Part shown: positions 40,852-44,155 of the stretch, piece after piece
Numbering within the stretch: the first letter of the stretch is position 1
Layout: each line of letters starts with the position of its first letter
Assembly: GCA_048938005.1 (NCBI GenBank)
Contig: JBHLMQ010000005.1
Coordinates: 1-44,155, forward strand
Reading direction: 5' to 3'
From: Promethearchaeota archaeon
Lineage (GTDB): Archaea; Asgardarchaeota; Lokiarchaeia; Sigyniarchaeales; SOKP01
Length of the DNA: 44,155 bases
Program-made: the position numbers and the translations under genes
The notes under the pieces: generated by a model
What the model was told of the DNA's origin: nothing
What the model saw: the letters and a program-made list of their open reading frames with translations, nothing else
The model's database searches: none

Positions 40852-41483
40852 TACGGTGACACCCCCATCCATTTTTTTGCAATATTTACAGCATCAACTG
40901 CACTTTCTCCATATGCATCTGCTTCTACATAATCAACAATAGCTTCGTCAATAGTCCCCCCACCAATCATAATCTTTACAGTGTCTCTCAATCCCTCGTC
41001 ATTAATTTTTTGAATTATTTCTTTCATAGAATCAAAAGCAAGCGTTAAGAACCCACTTAAAGCTAAAATATTAGGTTCAAATTCTTTAATTTTTTCAACA
41101 AATTGCTCCATAGGCACATCTACTCCTAAATCCATAACATCAAAACCATTTGCATCTAACATAAACTTTACAACATCTTTTCCAATGTCGTGAATATCTC
41201 CGGCAACAGTACCAAGAAGAACTTTCCCAATCTTTTGTTCTTGTTTCCCAGATTCTTTTAATTTGGGAGTTAATTCCTCAAAAATTTCTCTTAACATTTC
41301 TCCCGATAATATCAGATCAGGAAGAAAATATTCTTTTTGAGCATACTTATTACCAATTTGTTTCATTGCCTCCTTGATCTCATCCATGATCTTTAATGGA
41401 TCGTCTCTCTCGATCTTTCCTTTTAATATTTCTTTAACTTTCTCTTCGTTTAATTCAACCAATTCGTTTATGAATTCAGACAT
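40851..41483 (-). CDS. Corrinoid (B12-binding) protein, MtaC/MttC-like
   Basis: Helical cap plus GTVAGDIHDIGK (DxHxxG), DLGVDVP, LSG, IMIGG. Confidence 0.93.
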   Translation of the reverse strand: MSEFINELVELNEEKVKEILKGKIERDDPLKIMDEIKEAMKQIGNKYAQKEYFLPDLILSGEMLREIFEELTPKLKESGKQEQKIGKVLLGTVAGDIHDIGKDVVKFMLDANGFDVMDLGVDVPMEQFVEKIKEFEPNILALSGFLTLAFDSMKEIIQKINDEGLRDTVKIMIGGGTIDEAIVDYVEADAYGESAVDAVNIAKKWMGVSP

Positions 41484-41740
41484 TTGATTTTCAACTCTTT
41501 TGTAATTTTTTTTTAAAAACCAAGAAGAAAAAATTATGGCAATTTTTGCATAATATCAATTTATTAATAAATCTTTATCTCGAAATCTTAAAATAGGATA
41601 AATTTCCTAGAATAAAATCGTGATTTTTATTATTATTAATATAGTGCATTTTTAAGAGAGTAATAAGATTAATTTTGTAGAAAATAAATTTTTAACAATA
41701 AAATAATTGAGCAATTAAACAAGATAATACAAAGATTCAA

Positions 41741-43732
41741 ATGAATAAGAATCCCTATATTAGATTTAGAAATATATTTGTTATTCCTACATTCCATTCT
41801 CGAATAGAATTTGCCAAATTGGTCCGTACAGCTTTATTTAAAGCATTTCCAGATGTAATCGCTGTAGAATTACCAAATAACATGCGAGATGAAGTAATAG
41901 AAGCAATTGATAGGTTGCCTTTCTTATCCTTAATTGGATATGCTGATACATTAAATCCTAAAAAATTAAATTTTATTCCAATAGATCCCGGAGATTCTAT
42001 AATTGAAAGTATAAGAATTGGTCTTGAGCATAATATTCCAATTGAATTCATTGACCTTTCAGTCTCAGAATATTTACCTCCGAGTTTCAAACTTCCTGAT
42101 GATTATGCTATAAATCAAATTGGGCTTTATAAATTCTATCAACAAATTTCGGATTATTTTAAAAAAGAGAATAAAGATAAAAAAGTCGAACTTAGAAGTA
42201 GGGTAAATTTAGAAGATTTCCTTAGAAATCAAGAAAATGTTAATAATGAATATGATTATACTGAAAAAGATATTCTTAGAGAAAAATATATGGCAGCTCA
42301 TCTTTTAAAAATGATGCCATTATATCATAGGATTTTACTTATTATCGGTATGGCGCATTGGGATAACGTGAAATATTACCTAGAGAATCCAAAAGGAGTG
42401 CAAGATGTGGATTTGGATTTAGTTCCTCACAAATACGTAAAAATTTATAATATTAAAGGCTCTGATGCTAGATTTCTTTTAAGAGAATTACCGTATCATA
42501 CATATAAATGGCTGAAATTTAGAAATAAATTTTCAAAAGAAAGATTAGAAAGTGTAGAAACACCTGCAGAATTATACGAAATTCTAAATTCATACAACAA
42601 AACTGAACAAATTAATAAGATCTTAATTAAAGCAAAATATGATTACGAAGAGGAATTTAAAGAATTTGTAGATCTCCATAAATTAAAAACTTTATTTCAA
42701 TATGCAAGAAATCTCTCATTAACGGATCAGAGATTATTGCCAAACTTGTACCAATTGTTAATAGCTTCTAAAAATATTATTGATGATGACTATGCGTGGA
42801 AAGTCTTGGAAAAAGCTACTAAATATCCCTATGATGATGAGAGTGATAATTATGAAACATTGAAAATGAGTATAGAAGGTGCTTATGATCCAAATGGTCG
42901 TTATATAAAACTACGTAGACATCATCCTTATCCCTATGGAAAAGAACAAGAAGTTCCTCTAAAAGAGAGACCCGAAGAAAAATATCCGGGAGAATGGAAG
43001 GATAAATGGGAACAAGGTAAGGATTATACAGTTTCCTGGCCTCCTGAAGATATATTAGAAGAGAATTACTTTGCCTTTATAAGGAAGAAAACGATTAAAA
43101 ATTTAAAAAACCAGCGGATTAAGATTGAAGAATTTAAATCCAGCTTAATGGATGGGATCGCAATTAAAGAAACTATCAGGAATTGGGCTTTCAAGAAAAA
43201 GATTTATGTACAAAATATTCAGCAAATTCAGGGTAAAATCGATACACTTGTTGTAATATTTGATAAAGATAATAGGGATGTAGAAAAATATCCTTATAGA
43301 TTAACTTGGTGGGCAGAACATGACAGAGAGAGTGATATGGCTTTCTATTCAACAAATCCAGGAGATTATATTATTGGTCCTGGGATTACTCATGTAGAAA
43401 TTGGAGGTTTATTGTCTATTTTCCCAGCAATATTCTTGAGACCTATTTTTGATTCATATATGGACTATGAATATAAGGATACCAAAAATAAAGCAGAACG
43501 CCTTCTTAAAGCAGCTATCATTTATTCGAAAGAACGATATATAGCATATGTAGCAAAAGAACCTCCGCGTAAATATTTCTATTCACTTGCTGGGATAAAA
43601 AATCGCGATTTAGTTTATATCCCAATTGATAATTTTAGCAAGGAATCACTTAAAAAAATAAAACATATTCACATACTTGCAGGCAGGGATAAAAGAAAAA
43701 TAGCTCATAATTATATTTTTTTGAATGAATAG
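41741..43732 (+). CDS. Hypothetical 663-aa protein, probable MoxR partner (TraB/TIKI/YehM-like N-terminal half)
   Basis: PTFH, PDVIAVELP, REKYMAAHL, ILLIIGMAHW resemble the TraB/TIKI superfamily H/E/R-E/G-x-x-H pattern. Confidence 0.65.
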   Translation: MNKNPYIRFRNIFVIPTFHSRIEFAKLVRTALFKAFPDVIAVELPNNMRDEVIEAIDRLPFLSLIGYADTLNPKKLNFIPIDPGDSIIESIRIGLEHNIPIEFIDLSVSEYLPPSFKLPDDYAINQIGLYKFYQQISDYFKKENKDKKVELRSRVNLEDFLRNQENVNNEYDYTEKDILREKYMAAHLLKMMPLYHRILLIIGMAHWDNVKYYLENPKGVQDVDLDLVPHKYVKIYNIKGSDARFLLRELPYHTYKWLKFRNKFSKERLESVETPAELYEILNSYNKTEQINKILIKAKYDYEEEFKEFVDLHKLKTLFQYARNLSLTDQRLLPNLYQLLIASKNIIDDDYAWKVLEKATKYPYDDESDNYETLKMSIEGAYDPNGRYIKLRRHHPYPYGKEQEVPLKERPEEKYPGEWKDKWEQGKDYTVSWPPEDILEENYFAFIRKKTIKNLKNQRIKIEEFKSSLMDGIAIKETIRNWAFKKKIYVQNIQQIQGKIDTLVVIFDKDNRDVEKYPYRLTWWAEHDRESDMAFYSTNPGDYIIGPGITHVEIGGLLSIFPAIFLRPIFDSYMDYEYKDTKNKAERLLKAAIIYSKERYIAYVAKEPPRKYFYSLAGIKNRDLVYIPIDNFSKESLKKIKHIHILAGRDKRKIAHNYIFLNE

Positions 43733-43799
43733 CGAAAAAATATAGAAAGTTCTTATAATTACCGTAAAATACTTATTTTTTTCTTATCTTTATTATTTT

Positions 43800-44155
43800 A
43801 TGCTTGAAATCTATAACACGATGACTCGGCAAAAGGAAGTATTTAAACCTATAGAAGAGGGTCGAGTGAGAATCTACACTTGTGGACAGACTGTTTATGA
43901 TGATGTCCATATCGGTAATGCAAGAACCTATAGTTCCTGGGATGTAGTTGTTAGGTATCTTCGATATAAAGGATATGATGTATTTCATGTCCAAAACTTC
44001 ACTGATGTTGGACATTTAACAGACGATGCAGATCAAGGAGAAGACAAAATAGAGAAAAGGGCAAGGGAACAAAAAATTAACCCTTGGGAACTGGTTGATA
44101 AGCAAATTCAAGAGTATTGGCAAGTTATTGATGATTTGAATATTCAAAGACCGAA
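43800..44155 (+). CDS. cysS: Cysteine--tRNA ligase, 5' part (truncated by window edge)
   Basis: Not in the ORF track. MLEIYNTMTRQKEVFKP..YTCGQTVYDDVHIGNARTY..NFTDVGHL...GEDKI. Confidence 0.96.
   Translation, partial: MLEIYNTMTRQKEVFKPIEEGRVRIYTCGQTVYDDVHIGNARTYSSWDVVVRYLRYKGYDVFHVQNFTDVGHLTDDADQGEDKIEKRAREQKINPWELVDKQIQEYWQVIDDLNIQRP

Noticed and set aside
40852-40872. ORF-track start at 40872 for the methyltransferase
   Set aside because: Overlaps the corrinoid gene by 22 nt; ATG at 40851 gives a typical TAATG coupling
37725-44015. Short ORFs at 37725, 39541, 39554, 41755 and 43773
   Set aside because: Antisense to DUF296, the methyltransferase, the 663-aa gene and cysS

Overview
AT-rich archaeal chromosomal region that looks like an Asgard archaeon, most likely Lokiarchaeia. 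The evidence is a Loki-type profilin, four Rab-like small GTPases, three longin-like proteins, two V4R proteins, TBP, CDC48 and a PSTK-like kinase. Housekeeping and metabolic genes include argS-speB-dys, partial cysS, an acyl-CoA ligase, peptidases, an aminotransferase, an HDAC, CinA/PncC, a reductive dehalogenase-like protein and a corrinoid/methyltransferase pair. Two edge-truncated genes missing from the ORF track were read manually: a large surface glycoprotein at 3..1814 (-) and cysS from 43800. Highlights: (i) a co-oriented GTPase-thioredoxin-V4R-GTPase cluster plus a second V4R-GTPase pair, suggesting a proto-TRAPP or redox-controlled GTPase module; (ii) longin domains fused to a polytopic membrane protein and to a winged helix; (iii) a MoxR ATPase and its probable partner gene separated by a corrinoid methyltransferase cassette, with a decayed duplicate of the partner's 5' end left behind; (iv) a duplicated ~84-bp promoter/small-ORF element. 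No tRNA, rRNA, CRISPR array or transposase was seen. All family calls come from motif recognition by eye, not database searches.
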